DNA of 61,462 bases from Nitrosomonas sp. GTDB taxonomy: Bacteria; Pseudomonadota; Gammaproteobacteria; Burkholderiales; Nitrosomonadaceae. Below, in pieces: positions 20,750 through 29,746 of the stretch. Location of the stretch: positions 1 through 61,462 of the forward strand of contig JAJFJL010000102.1 in the NCBI GenBank assembly GCA_021774055.1, read 5' to 3'. Within the stretch, counting starts at the first letter, position 1, and each line of letters begins with the position of its first letter. Below the pieces are notes generated by a model. It was not told the DNA's origin and made no database searches. It was given only the letters and a program-made list of their open reading frames with translations. The position numbers and the translations under genes are program-made.

Positions 20750-22501
20750 TTAGCGCTTAATAAATATTGAACCTGACCTTTTGTTATTTTGCGAACGATG
20801 TAGAGCCAAGTGACGTGGTGTCCAGGCATGTGGAATTTTATGGACGAAGTTATAACGTGCCACATGATAACTGGGATCAAAGCCATAGAAATTAAGCTGC
20901 ATTTTGTGTAGTTCTTCATCACGGTAATTTTGTAATGGTTTTATTTGATCATCCAGTAAACGCTGTTTTACTTTATTTTGCAGAAATTCTTCATACTTAG
21001 GATGCTGTGCCAGCTTTTCAGCAAGCTGTTCGATTGTTTTCTTAAAATGAATAATATCAAGTGCAAAGCAATCATCAATAAGCCCAATTTGCTGCGCTTC
21101 AAGCGCACTAATTGGCAAGCGATTCTGAATCAATATACTTGCATTAGCTTGGCTTACGCGGCGCGGTAAAAGATAAGTCCAATATTCAGAACCATATAAA
21201 TTCCCCATGCTTTTGTAGTGAGGGTTTAACAATACAGCTTTGCGTGCATAAACCTGATCTGCTGCCAGCGACAGGAACACACCGCCAGCCCCAGCATTGC
21301 CTTGTAATACTGCAATAGTTAATAAATTATCCGTGGTAATGATTGATAGTGCTAGATCATTCATGGCATTAATATTGCGCCAGGATTCATCTGCCGGACT
21401 ACTAGCATTTTCTATATGATTTAGATGAATACCATTTGACCAGAAATCTGTGCCACCCATTAGCACCATTACCTTTACGCCACTATTAGTGGCAGTTAGG
21501 TAGGCAGCCCGTAAGCGTTGGCATTGTTCGCTATCCATAGCACCGTTGTAAAATGTAAAGTGCAAATAGCCAATATTATTTTTCTGCTCAAACCAAATAT
21601 CCTGATAGGTTTCGTTAACACGCGGTGCGCAAGGAGCAAGCGGTATTTCTGGTATATCAGCAAGCTGCCCTTTGAGTGCCAAGGTGGCAGATAACTTAAT
21701 ACCTAATTCGCCAGTTTCGTCACTCTTTTTTTGTTTCAAGTGACCAATCCATATTGCGCCATCGTATGTGGCACGACAGATAGCACCATTACGTTTGGCA
21801 ATTATTGTGCCTGGCTGTTGGTCGCTATTTAATTTGGTTTCAAGACAAGCATCAAATAAGTAATATGGCGTGCCATAGATGGTATCCAGTACACCGGGAA
21901 AACCATCTGCCGCATAAATTTTTCTAAGTATGATTTGTGATCGATCATGTTGCCAGTCAATGGCGCGATCAATTTGTTTTATAGAAGGTTGCCAGCGTCC
22001 TAAAATATCAGCACGCGAATAGTCCAATGGCTTAGGTGTATATTTTTTAGATTGGAAGCGTGACAAGGCTTTGCGTATGGCCATCACTGCGGCATCAACA
22101 ACCTGCTTCCGATACAAGCTACTTTTCTTTTGCAACTGCATAGGAAAGGTTTCAGCTGCCCAGATATCGCCGGCATCCATTGCACCATTGGCCTGCAATA
22201 TGGTCACACCCCATTCCCTGCGCTGATGCATAATCGCCCAGTCTAGAGCGGAAGGACCTCGGTCACCGATAATGCCAGGATGTACAATAAAACAAGTATG
22301 CTTACGCCACACCGTCTCAGGAATAGCGCGTTTTAAAAAAGGGGCAATAATCAGTGCAGGCTGAAAAAGTATTACAGCCTGCTCGGTGGTCGCGTCGTTG
22401 ATATCAAATTCAATAGATATTTCATGCCCATCCCTTGTCAATTCAACAAACAAGCGCTGGGTCATGCTGTTGAAGCTGTGGGTTAGAAACAGGATTTTCA
22501 T
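20750..22501 (-). CDS. hypX: Hydrogenase maturation factor HypX/HoxX (formyltransferase plus crotonase-fold domains)
   Basis: MKILFLTHSFNS, HPGIIGDRGPSALDWAI, FYNGAM and GNLYGSEYWTY; follows hypE. Confidence 0.93.
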   Translation of the reverse strand: MKILFLTHSFNSMTQRLFVELTRDGHEISIEFDINDATTEQAVILFQPALIIAPFLKRAIPETVWRKHTCFIVHPGIIGDRGPSALDWAIMHQRREWGVTILQANGAMDAGDIWAAETFPMQLQKKSSLYRKQVVDAAVMAIRKALSRFQSKKYTPKPLDYSRADILGRWQPSIKQIDRAIDWQHDRSQIILRKIYAADGFPGVLDTIYGTPYYLFDACLETKLNSDQQPGTIIAKRNGAICRATYDGAIWIGHLKQKKSDETGELGIKLSATLALKGQLADIPEIPLAPCAPRVNETYQDIWFEQKNNIGYLHFTFYNGAMDSEQCQRLRAAYLTATNSGVKVMVLMGGTDFWSNGIHLNHIENASSPADESWRNINAMNDLALSIITTDNLLTIAVLQGNAGAGGVFLSLAADQVYARKAVLLNPHYKSMGNLYGSEYWTYLLPRRVSQANASILIQNRLPISALEAQQIGLIDDCFALDIIHFKKTIEQLAEKLAQHPKYEEFLQNKVKQRLLDDQIKPLQNYRDEELHKMQLNFYGFDPSYHVARYNFVHKIPHAWTPRHLALHRSQNNKRSGSIFIKR

Positions 22502-22511
22502 TTTGTGGGGA

Positions 22512-23573
22512 TCAGCAAATTCGAGGCAGTTGTTCACCACTAAGCCAGTCAACTACACGCTTACCGCCAAATGAGGTGGTCATTTGCACGAAACAATGCG
22601 GGTCTTCGGTAACTTCACCAATAATAGCAGCCTTGCTTCCTAATGGATGTGCGCGCATGGCGGTCAACAAATCATTAGCATCTTCGGGTGCACAAATTGC
22701 CACCAATTTGCCCTCATTCGCCACATAAAGTGGATCAAAGCCCAGAAACTCACAAGCGGCACTAACTTGTTGCTGAATAGGCAAGGTGCTTTCCTGCAAC
22801 ATCATGCCAACGCCTGATTGACTTGCAATCTCATTTAATACTGTTGCTAGTCCACCACGTGTGGGGTCACGTAGTACACGAAGATTGGGGGTGACCGCAA
22901 TCATCGCCGCTACCAAGTCATGTAATGCTGCGGTATCAGATGTGATGCTGGTATGAAAACTTAGATTTTCACGTAATGACATAATTGCGATGCCGTGATC
23001 TCCCAAGGTTCCAGATACCAATATTTTGTCACCTGGGCGAGCACGATCAGCAGATATATGAATTCCTTCGGGTACGATACCCAAGCCAGTAGTAGTGATA
23101 AAGACTCCATCTCCTTTACCTTTTTCAACTACTTTGGTGTCACCAGTGATGATTGATACATTGGCATTTTGTGCCGCCTGCGCCATAGAATGAACAATAC
23201 GTTTAAGATCAACAAGCGGGAAGCCCGCTTCCAAAATAAAGCTTGCCGCTAAATGACAAGGCCGTGCACCAGACATTACAACATCGTTAATGGTGCCGTT
23301 TACCGCAAGATTGCCAATATCACCGCCAGGGAAAAATAAGGGGGTAATTACATGACTGTCGGTAGACATCACCATACGCCCATTGGCTACTGGAAAGCTG
23401 GCCTGGTCATTCATTTGACGCAAGTACTTGTTATCAAAAGCAGCCAAAAATAGCTGCTCAATCAACTGCGCCATACTGCGCCCGCCACCGCCATGGGTCA
23501 TCTCAACTATGCCATGTTTAAAATCAATAGCGCGGCTATAACCAGGCTTAATTTTTCCACCTGCTTGGGTCAT
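22512..23573 (-). CDS. hypE: Hydrogenase maturation protein HypE
   Basis: HGGGG, PLFFPGGDIG, DPTRGG and C-terminal PRIC. Confidence 0.97.
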   Translation of the reverse strand: MTQAGGKIKPGYSRAIDFKHGIVEMTHGGGGRSMAQLIEQLFLAAFDNKYLRQMNDQASFPVANGRMVMSTDSHVITPLFFPGGDIGNLAVNGTINDVVMSGARPCHLAASFILEAGFPLVDLKRIVHSMAQAAQNANVSIITGDTKVVEKGKGDGVFITTTGLGIVPEGIHISADRARPGDKILVSGTLGDHGIAIMSLRENLSFHTSITSDTAALHDLVAAMIAVTPNLRVLRDPTRGGLATVLNEIASQSGVGMMLQESTLPIQQQVSAACEFLGFDPLYVANEGKLVAICAPEDANDLLTAMRAHPLGSKAAIIGEVTEDPHCFVQMTTSFGGKRVVDWLSGEQLPRIC

Positions 23574-24697
23574 GCTGTCTCCCGAAAGCGTCCGTAACTA
23601 TAATGTGCTGCACAAGCACCTTCTGATGACACCATACAGGAGCCTATTGGATTATCTGGCGTACAAACAGTACCAAAAATTTCACAATCTTGAGGTCGTT
23701 TTACGCCCCGCAAAATAGCACCGCAGGCGCAAGCTTTGTTATCTGGAATAGATAGTGTAGGAATTTGAAAACGTAATTCGGCATCAAAATCAGCATAGTC
23801 TGATTTAATTCGTAGCGCACTATAGGGCACCAATCCTAGGCCACGCCATTCAAATGTACGGCGTAATTCAAATATTTCTGCTACTAACAATTGCGCCTTA
23901 AGATTTCCTTCACAAGTGACCGCACGGGAAAATTCATTTTCAACTTCGGCTCGTCCTTGATTTAACTGACGCACTAACATCAAGATCGCCTGCATAACAT
24001 CTAGCGGTTCAAAGCCAGCAATCACCACAGGCTTCTGAAATTCTTCGGCAAAGTATTCATAAGGTCGACTACCAATGATAGTCGATACATGCGCAGGACC
24101 AATAAAACCATCTATTGATACCAAGCCAAGCTGACGCACTTCTGGTGATTGTAGAATATGTGAGATGGCTGATGGTGTTAACACATGATTGCAGAACACC
24201 GTGAAGTTGGACAGGCCGATGGTTTTTGCTTGTTTAATCGCAACGGCAGTTGGTGGGGTTGTCGTCTCAAATCCAATGGCAAAAAATACCACTGGTTTAT
24301 CAGGATTCTGTTGTGCAATCTTAAGTACATCCATAGTGGAATAAACTATACGTACATCCGCACCACAAGCTTTTTCTTTTAGCAAACTATTACCCCGCAC
24401 GGTCGGAATCCGTAATAGATCGCCATAACAGCACAGGATTAGCCCGGGGATTTTTGTCAATTGCAAGGCATTCTCGATTCGTCCGACAGGTAATACGCAT
24501 ACCGGACAGCCAGGACCATGGATCATGCGCACATTGGCAGGTAACAAATCAACAATGCCATAGCGTGAAATAGCATGGGTATGACCACCGCAAAATTCCA
24601 TTAAATGATAGTTTCGTTGTGTATCTACCTCTGCGGCGATATTGGCAGCAATCTTTTTTGCCAGCACACCATCACGATACTCATTAATATATTTCAT
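23570..24697 (-). CDS. hypD: Hydrogenase maturation protein HypD
   Basis: MEFCGGHT, GPGCPVC, GFETT and CMVSSEGACAA motifs. Confidence 0.97.
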   Translation of the reverse strand: MKYINEYRDGVLAKKIAANIAAEVDTQRNYHLMEFCGGHTHAISRYGIVDLLPANVRMIHGPGCPVCVLPVGRIENALQLTKIPGLILCCYGDLLRIPTVRGNSLLKEKACGADVRIVYSTMDVLKIAQQNPDKPVVFFAIGFETTTPPTAVAIKQAKTIGLSNFTVFCNHVLTPSAISHILQSPEVRQLGLVSIDGFIGPAHVSTIIGSRPYEYFAEEFQKPVVIAGFEPLDVMQAILMLVRQLNQGRAEVENEFSRAVTCEGNLKAQLLVAEIFELRRTFEWRGLGLVPYSALRIKSDYADFDAELRFQIPTLSIPDNKACACGAILRGVKRPQDCEIFGTVCTPDNPIGSCMVSSEGACAAHYSYGRFRETA

Positions 24698-24933
24698 AAA
24701 TCACTGCAATCATCATCAATTGCAGATATTTCAGCAAATATTGCCAGTGTCTGTGCGGCTTCATCCTGATCCAGTTTCTGCAAAGCATAGCCAACATGTA
24801 CGATGACATAATCACCAGGCACAACATTCTCAACCAATGCTAATGAAATTTCTCTGCGTACACCACCCAGATTAACAATCGCATTATCATTAGCCATAAT
24901 TTGTTCAACACAGGCAGGAATGGCAAGACACAT
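24694..24933 (-). CDS. hypC: Hydrogenase chaperone HypC
   Basis: MCLAIP and GDYVIVHVGYAL motifs. Confidence 0.96.
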   Translation of the reverse strand: MCLAIPACVEQIMANDNAIVNLGGVRREISLALVENVVPGDYVIVHVGYALQKLDQDEAAQTLAIFAEISAIDDDCSDL

Positions 24934-24955
24934 TTGGTTATTTAACTACTAGTAC

Positions 24956-25031
24956 TAAGGAACGTGCATGAATAACGGGGGAGGGGATAGGCACCAAAGA
25001 AATTTTTTGATATTAAAAGTATAAACCACTT
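24956..25031. repeat. Family G-related repeat
   Basis: TAAGGAACGTGCATG and TTTTTGATATTAAAAGTATAAACCACTT match 45450-45533 and 14015-14045. Confidence 0.6.
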
Positions 25032-28000
25032 TCAGACTACTTTAATACACTGTTTCTGCAGGTGCAAATTAAAGTCTTCTACAGTCAATGGGCGATAGAA
25101 ATAGTATCCTTGTCCTACTTTACACCCTAAGTTTTTTAAAAAAGAAAGTTGTTCAATGTCTTCTATACCCTCACTAATTACATCAAGCTCCAAACCTTTA
25201 CTCATCATAACTATAGCGTTAACAAGCTGTGCAACTTTTTTATTTGTTGTTGCATCATTAACAAAAGATTTATCAATCTTTAACGTAGTAATTGGAAAGT
25301 CTTTAAGATAACTTAGCGACGAATAGCCAACACCAAAATCATCTAACGAAATCCCTAATCCTAAATCACGTATTTGATTAAGTAAGTTAACTGTTTTAGC
25401 GCTACCATCCATCAATAAACTTTCGGTGATCTCAATCTGAAACATACCAGGTTTTAACTGTGTTTCAATCAATGCCCTCTTAAGAACATCAACAATACTA
25501 TGTGATTTATCAATACATTGACGACTTGAAATATTCACTGCTACTTTTAGGCATTGTTTACTGATTTTATTCCATTCGGCTGCCTGGTGGGCTGCCGTCA
25601 TAATAACCCATTCTCCAATTGGAATAATCAATCCTGTCTCTTCGGCAATATTAATAAACTTATCTGGACTAACCAGGCCAAGTGTTGGGTGCTGCCAGCG
25701 AATTAATGCTTCAGCACCAAGGATGGTCCCTGTTTCCAAATCAACGACTGGCTGATAATAGAGACAAAACTGTCGCTCGCTAAGTGCTTTGCGCAACTCT
25801 TGCTCTATAGTCATGTGTTGCATCACAGCACGATTCATCTCCGCATTGTGAAATGTAACATTATTACGACCTAATTTTTTACTTTGATACATCGCCGTAT
25901 CGGCATGCTTCATCAATGTTTCTACATCACGACCATCATTCGGGTAAAGTGCAACACCAATGCTACCGGTTGTAAATGTTTCAGAGTTATTGCCTAAATT
26001 AACCGGCAATGAAATTTGGGCCAATATTTTTCTAGAAACAGCCTCTATATCAGAGATATTTTGAACATCATTTAATATAACAACAAACTCATCACCTCCA
26101 AGTCGTGACACCATATCTGATTCTCGCACAGTATTCCTCAGGCGTAACGCTATTTCTATTAGCAATTTATCACCTGAGCTATGCCCCAAGGTATCATTAA
26201 TCAGTTTAAATCTATCCAGATCAATAAAGAGAACCGCCAAATTTATCTTGGTTCGTTTTGCGCTAATTAAATTATGATATAGCTGATCTATACACATCTT
26301 ACGATTGGGTAAATTGGTTAAAACATCATGATTTGCTTGATGCCAGATATCATCTTCATATTGCTTACGTTCTGTAATATCAGTAAACATTGCAATATAT
26401 TGCTGTACAACACCTTTCGCATCATGAACTACGTTGATACTTAACCAGATTAAATAATGCTTACCGTTTGGTTTTTTACTCCATATTTCACCTTCCCAAT
26501 AAGAATCTTTCTGCAATACATCGTAAATAAAATCATCAGAATATTTATTTTTCAAGTTACAACTTAAACAAAGAAAGTCTTTTTCTAAAATACTTTCTTT
26601 ATTATAGCCAGACACTGTTGTAAATGCTGGATTTACCATTTGTATTCGTTTATCAGCACCAGCGATCATGATCGCTTCCTTAGCATTTGCATACACCGCA
26701 GCAGAAAGGTGTAATGCAGATTCGAATTTTAATCGCTCACTAATTAATTGATTAAAGGTGTTGGCCATGATGCCAATCTCATCTTTACCTGAAACAATTA
26801 ACGGTTGGCTAAATTTTTTTTCTTGAACCATCGTATCCATATCATTGGAAATATTTCTTAGCTCCCCTATCAATCGTCTCATAAGAAAAAAGCCAAAAAC
26901 AAAAGAAAATAATATGCTAATTAGTGTTACAGAAATATAAATTTCCAATGATAAAACAGCTGATTGTGTTTTATTATTAACTAACCGTAAGATTTCCACC
27001 TTAAGCTCACCATTAACTTCTGTTATTAAATCAAGGCGCTGCGTTGATATGCTCCACCACTTGAAAGGATCAATTCCAGACCAACCTTTACTTAAATATT
27101 GAATTGCTTGTAACGCTGACAGGTCATCTACTTGTACAAGCTCGTCAATCTCTTGAACTGTGTAACTTTGTTGAAGGTAATTCGTTATGGCATTAACATG
27201 ATTAAAATATTCATCAAATGTGTTATCAATTGCTTCTAAATATGATTGATCTTTTTGAGTCATACCAGGCGAAGCTTTATAACGTTTGATGACATCTTTT
27301 ACGGCTATTTTTGTTTTTTGAAAATGTTTAAGATAATGTTCTTCACCACGAACTACGTAGTTTTTATAATTATGAATAAGCCCTCCGTAACCTATTAAGG
27401 CTTGCAGCTCATTTAGAAGCTCATTTCTTGTCACCTTATTAAGAACTTCATTACGAAATCTATCTACCTCGTTATTAACTGGATAAGAAAGTTTTTCTTG
27501 CAATAGATTTCGATACTTGGGAGGCGCTTTAATATTAAAATTTTCAATAAAACTGCTCTGTGCCTCAATATAAGCAATAATCTTACGAAAATTCTTAGAA
27601 TCCATTTCTCCTGAAACAGAGACACTCATCAGTGTCGCTCGCTCCTGACCGGAGCGTTCTTGCAACCAAAGCAAGCTTGTATAGGCATCACTCAGCCGCG
27701 CTATATTGTTATCGCTAGTTTTTTGAGAAAAATGCCGAATAAAATTAATTGCGTGTGAATTTAAAGTTGAATAATCGTGTAATAAATTTTCAAAATTATT
27801 TTTATCAATTGCTATACGAATTGCTGGCAACTGTGTTATCAGCTTATCTAGTTTATAGAATTCTTTTTTTTCTGATACGCTTAATAGATCAATATCAAAC
27901 TCTTTTATTTTTTGAAGAAAAACATTAATGGCTTTATCTGTTAACTCACGCTGAGAATAGATATCTTCTGCTAAATATAAAGGATCTTTTTTGATTAAAT

Positions 28001-28226
28001 TTGTACTAACTCCACGTTCTTTTTGTAATTCATAAACAAGGTCATCAAGACTATAGGCTAGCAATAAGAAATTTTGTGTATTTACATTATTACTATATTG
28101 TTGATATTTTTCGGAAACACCTGAAATTGCAAAGAAAAGAATAGAAACAATAGGAATAAAAATAAAAACTAATAGTTTATTTCGAATACCTAAATTATTT
28201 AGCCATTGTCGTAAATTTAGATTCAT
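25032..28226 (-). CDS. Membrane-anchored NIT-HAMP-PAS-GGDEF-EAL c-di-GMP signalling protein
   Basis: Two TM segments, NIT motifs ELQKERG and ERSGQERA, HAMP DEIG, PAS/PAC, SRLGGDEF, EALIRW and DDFGVGYSSL. Confidence 0.9.
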   Translation of the reverse strand: MNLNLRQWLNNLGIRNKLLVFIFIPIVSILFFAISGVSEKYQQYSNNVNTQNFLLLAYSLDDLVYELQKERGVSTNLIKKDPLYLAEDIYSQRELTDKAINVFLQKIKEFDIDLLSVSEKKEFYKLDKLITQLPAIRIAIDKNNFENLLHDYSTLNSHAINFIRHFSQKTSDNNIARLSDAYTSLLWLQERSGQERATLMSVSVSGEMDSKNFRKIIAYIEAQSSFIENFNIKAPPKYRNLLQEKLSYPVNNEVDRFRNEVLNKVTRNELLNELQALIGYGGLIHNYKNYVVRGEEHYLKHFQKTKIAVKDVIKRYKASPGMTQKDQSYLEAIDNTFDEYFNHVNAITNYLQQSYTVQEIDELVQVDDLSALQAIQYLSKGWSGIDPFKWWSISTQRLDLITEVNGELKVEILRLVNNKTQSAVLSLEIYISVTLISILFSFVFGFFLMRRLIGELRNISNDMDTMVQEKKFSQPLIVSGKDEIGIMANTFNQLISERLKFESALHLSAAVYANAKEAIMIAGADKRIQMVNPAFTTVSGYNKESILEKDFLCLSCNLKNKYSDDFIYDVLQKDSYWEGEIWSKKPNGKHYLIWLSINVVHDAKGVVQQYIAMFTDITERKQYEDDIWHQANHDVLTNLPNRKMCIDQLYHNLISAKRTKINLAVLFIDLDRFKLINDTLGHSSGDKLLIEIALRLRNTVRESDMVSRLGGDEFVVILNDVQNISDIEAVSRKILAQISLPVNLGNNSETFTTGSIGVALYPNDGRDVETLMKHADTAMYQSKKLGRNNVTFHNAEMNRAVMQHMTIEQELRKALSERQFCLYYQPVVDLETGTILGAEALIRWQHPTLGLVSPDKFINIAEETGLIIPIGEWVIMTAAHQAAEWNKISKQCLKVAVNISSRQCIDKSHSIVDVLKRALIETQLKPGMFQIEITESLLMDGSAKTVNLLNQIRDLGLGISLDDFGVGYSSLSYLKDFPITTLKIDKSFVNDATTNKKVAQLVNAIVMMSKGLELDVISEGIEDIEQLSFLKNLGCKVGQGYYFYRPLTVEDFNLHLQKQCIKVV

Positions 28227-28297
28227 TTTTTTAAACTAGGCATTTATTTAATTCTAAAATATTAATTGACAGATGAAACGTACTAATACTTATGATT

Positions 28298-28422
28298 ATG
28301 CTAGGGGCTGTTGCCGTTTCACGTTAACCAATTGATTTCATTGTTTCTTTATAGAAACGCAATGTCAATAAAATGGCTTATATTTCAATTAGTTGAAACG
28401 AAACGGCAACAGCCCATAGCAT
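28298..28422. repeat. MITE-like element (family F)
   Basis: ATGCTAGGGGCTGTTGCCGTTTC / GAAACGGCAACAGCCCATAGCAT terminal IR. Confidence 0.75.
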
Positions 28423-28428
28423 TTTGTA

Positions 28429-28483
28429 ATCTAGATCCTGCAAAAATCGCACATTATGTGTGCGATTTTTGCAGGATCTAGGT
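28429..28483. repeat. MITE family A, short palindromic copy
   Basis: CTAGATCCTGCAAAAATCGCACA...TGTGCGATTTTTGCAGGATCTAG. It starts just after the FKBP stop and may act as a terminator. Confidence 0.85.
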
Positions 28484-28484
28484 G

Positions 28485-28964
28485 TTAATGAGTAGATCCT
28501 TGTTGCAAGCGAACTAACTCAACTTCAAAAATTAAAGTTGCATTAGGTGGAATAATATTTCCAGCACCTTGCGCTCCATAGGCCATTGATGGTGGGATAA
28601 TAAGGGTACGTTCTCCACCAACTTTCATGCCCACAACACCTTGATCCCAACCTTTAATTACACGCCCTGCACCTAGCATAAATTGGAATGTATCTCTACG
28701 GTGATGTGAGCTATCAAATTCCTTGCCTTTATTATCTGATGCAGAAGCATCATAAAGCCACCCAGTGTAATGAACATCAACAACTTTGCCAATCTCAGCT
28801 ACTTCACCGTCACCAATTTTTGTATCAATCGTCTCAAGTTCAGAAATTCCTACGGCAGCGTGAGCAGGTGAGCCGTGCTCTTTATAGGCAAGAGCAAGTT
28901 GCGGGAGAATAATTAGACCTATAATGCATAGACTTAAATTAAGTAGAAACTTAGTTTTTAACAT
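28485..28964 (-). CDS. Exported FKBP-type peptidyl-prolyl isomerase
   Basis: Signal peptide, VHYTGWL, FDSS, VIKGWDQG and IPPNATLIFEVEL. Confidence 0.95.
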   Translation of the reverse strand: MLKTKFLLNLSLCIIGLIILPQLALAYKEHGSPAHAAVGISELETIDTKIGDGEVAEIGKVVDVHYTGWLYDASASDNKGKEFDSSHHRRDTFQFMLGAGRVIKGWDQGVVGMKVGGERTLIIPPSMAYGAQGAGNIIPPNATLIFEVELVRLQQGSTH

Positions 28965-29067
28965 TGTTACCTCAAAAAAATAATTTTAAAAAATTTAACC
29001 TGAATCTTACAAACTCTCATGTATTATACCCGGTCTAATTTGTTCGTCATCACCGCTCACTTTTGAT

Positions 29068-29230
29068 CTAGTGCCTTGCAGGCTAAACAACCTGGGGAAA
29101 TATGTGGATGCAAAAATTGTTTAGATGGTGAAGAAACGCCGGAATATGAGTATAAGTCAAGTTTCTTCAACGCAGTTATCGACAAATTTTGCCACAGATT
29201 TTTCTGGCTATTTAGCCTGCAAAGTGCTAG
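29068..29230. mobile_element. MITE family B copy
   Basis: CTAGTGCCTTGCAGGCTAAA / TTTAGCCTGCAAAGTGCTAG; homologous to 40301-40468 (shared CAAGTTTCTTCAACGCA). Confidence 0.8.
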
Positions 29231-29268
29231 ATCATACGTAGTAATTTCAATCTGTTAAAACGTAAATT

Positions 29269-29724
29269 ATGCGCACACATTCAAATCAAGAAGAAATGAA
29301 TAATAGTAATCTCACGCAAGATACGCAGATAGCGGATTTATTATGTTTACATGACTCACGTTTTGTACGTGGTATGTTGATAGTAGCGGGATTTTTGGCG
29401 CTAATTCTGGGGGCATTAGGTGCAGTATTACCAGTATTACCGACTACACCTTTTATAATATTAGCAGCCTACTGCTTTGCTCGCAGTTCAGAACGCTTTC
29501 ATAAAAAATTATTAACCAATCAATTTGCTGGGCCGATCATTCATGAGTGGTGTCAATATCGCAGCATTAAGCTTAAAGTTAAACGCTGGGTATATCTATT
29601 AATGACTTTGTCATTTGGCAGCTCCATCTTATTGGTCCCAGAACTATGGCACCAAATAATGCTAATTTCAATTGGGGCCATATTGGCAATTTTTATTTGG
29701 CGTATACCTGTACGCGAACAATAA
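29269..29724 (+). CDS. YbaN/DUF454 inner-membrane protein
   Basis: GAVLPVLPTTPFIILAAYCFARSS motif. Confidence 0.9.
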   Translation: MRTHSNQEEMNNSNLTQDTQIADLLCLHDSRFVRGMLIVAGFLALILGALGAVLPVLPTTPFIILAAYCFARSSERFHKKLLTNQFAGPIIHEWCQYRSIKLKVKRWVYLLMTLSFGSSILLVPELWHQIMLISIGAILAIFIWRIPVREQ

Positions 29725-29746
29725 ACAGTATTAACAAAAAACAGTC

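Noticed and set aside
29076-29258. Small ORFs in repeats or RNA genes (also 14040-14234, 36600-36824, 40198-40398)
   Set aside because: They lie within MITEs or REP clusters, or antisense to a tRNA, and show no protein motifs.
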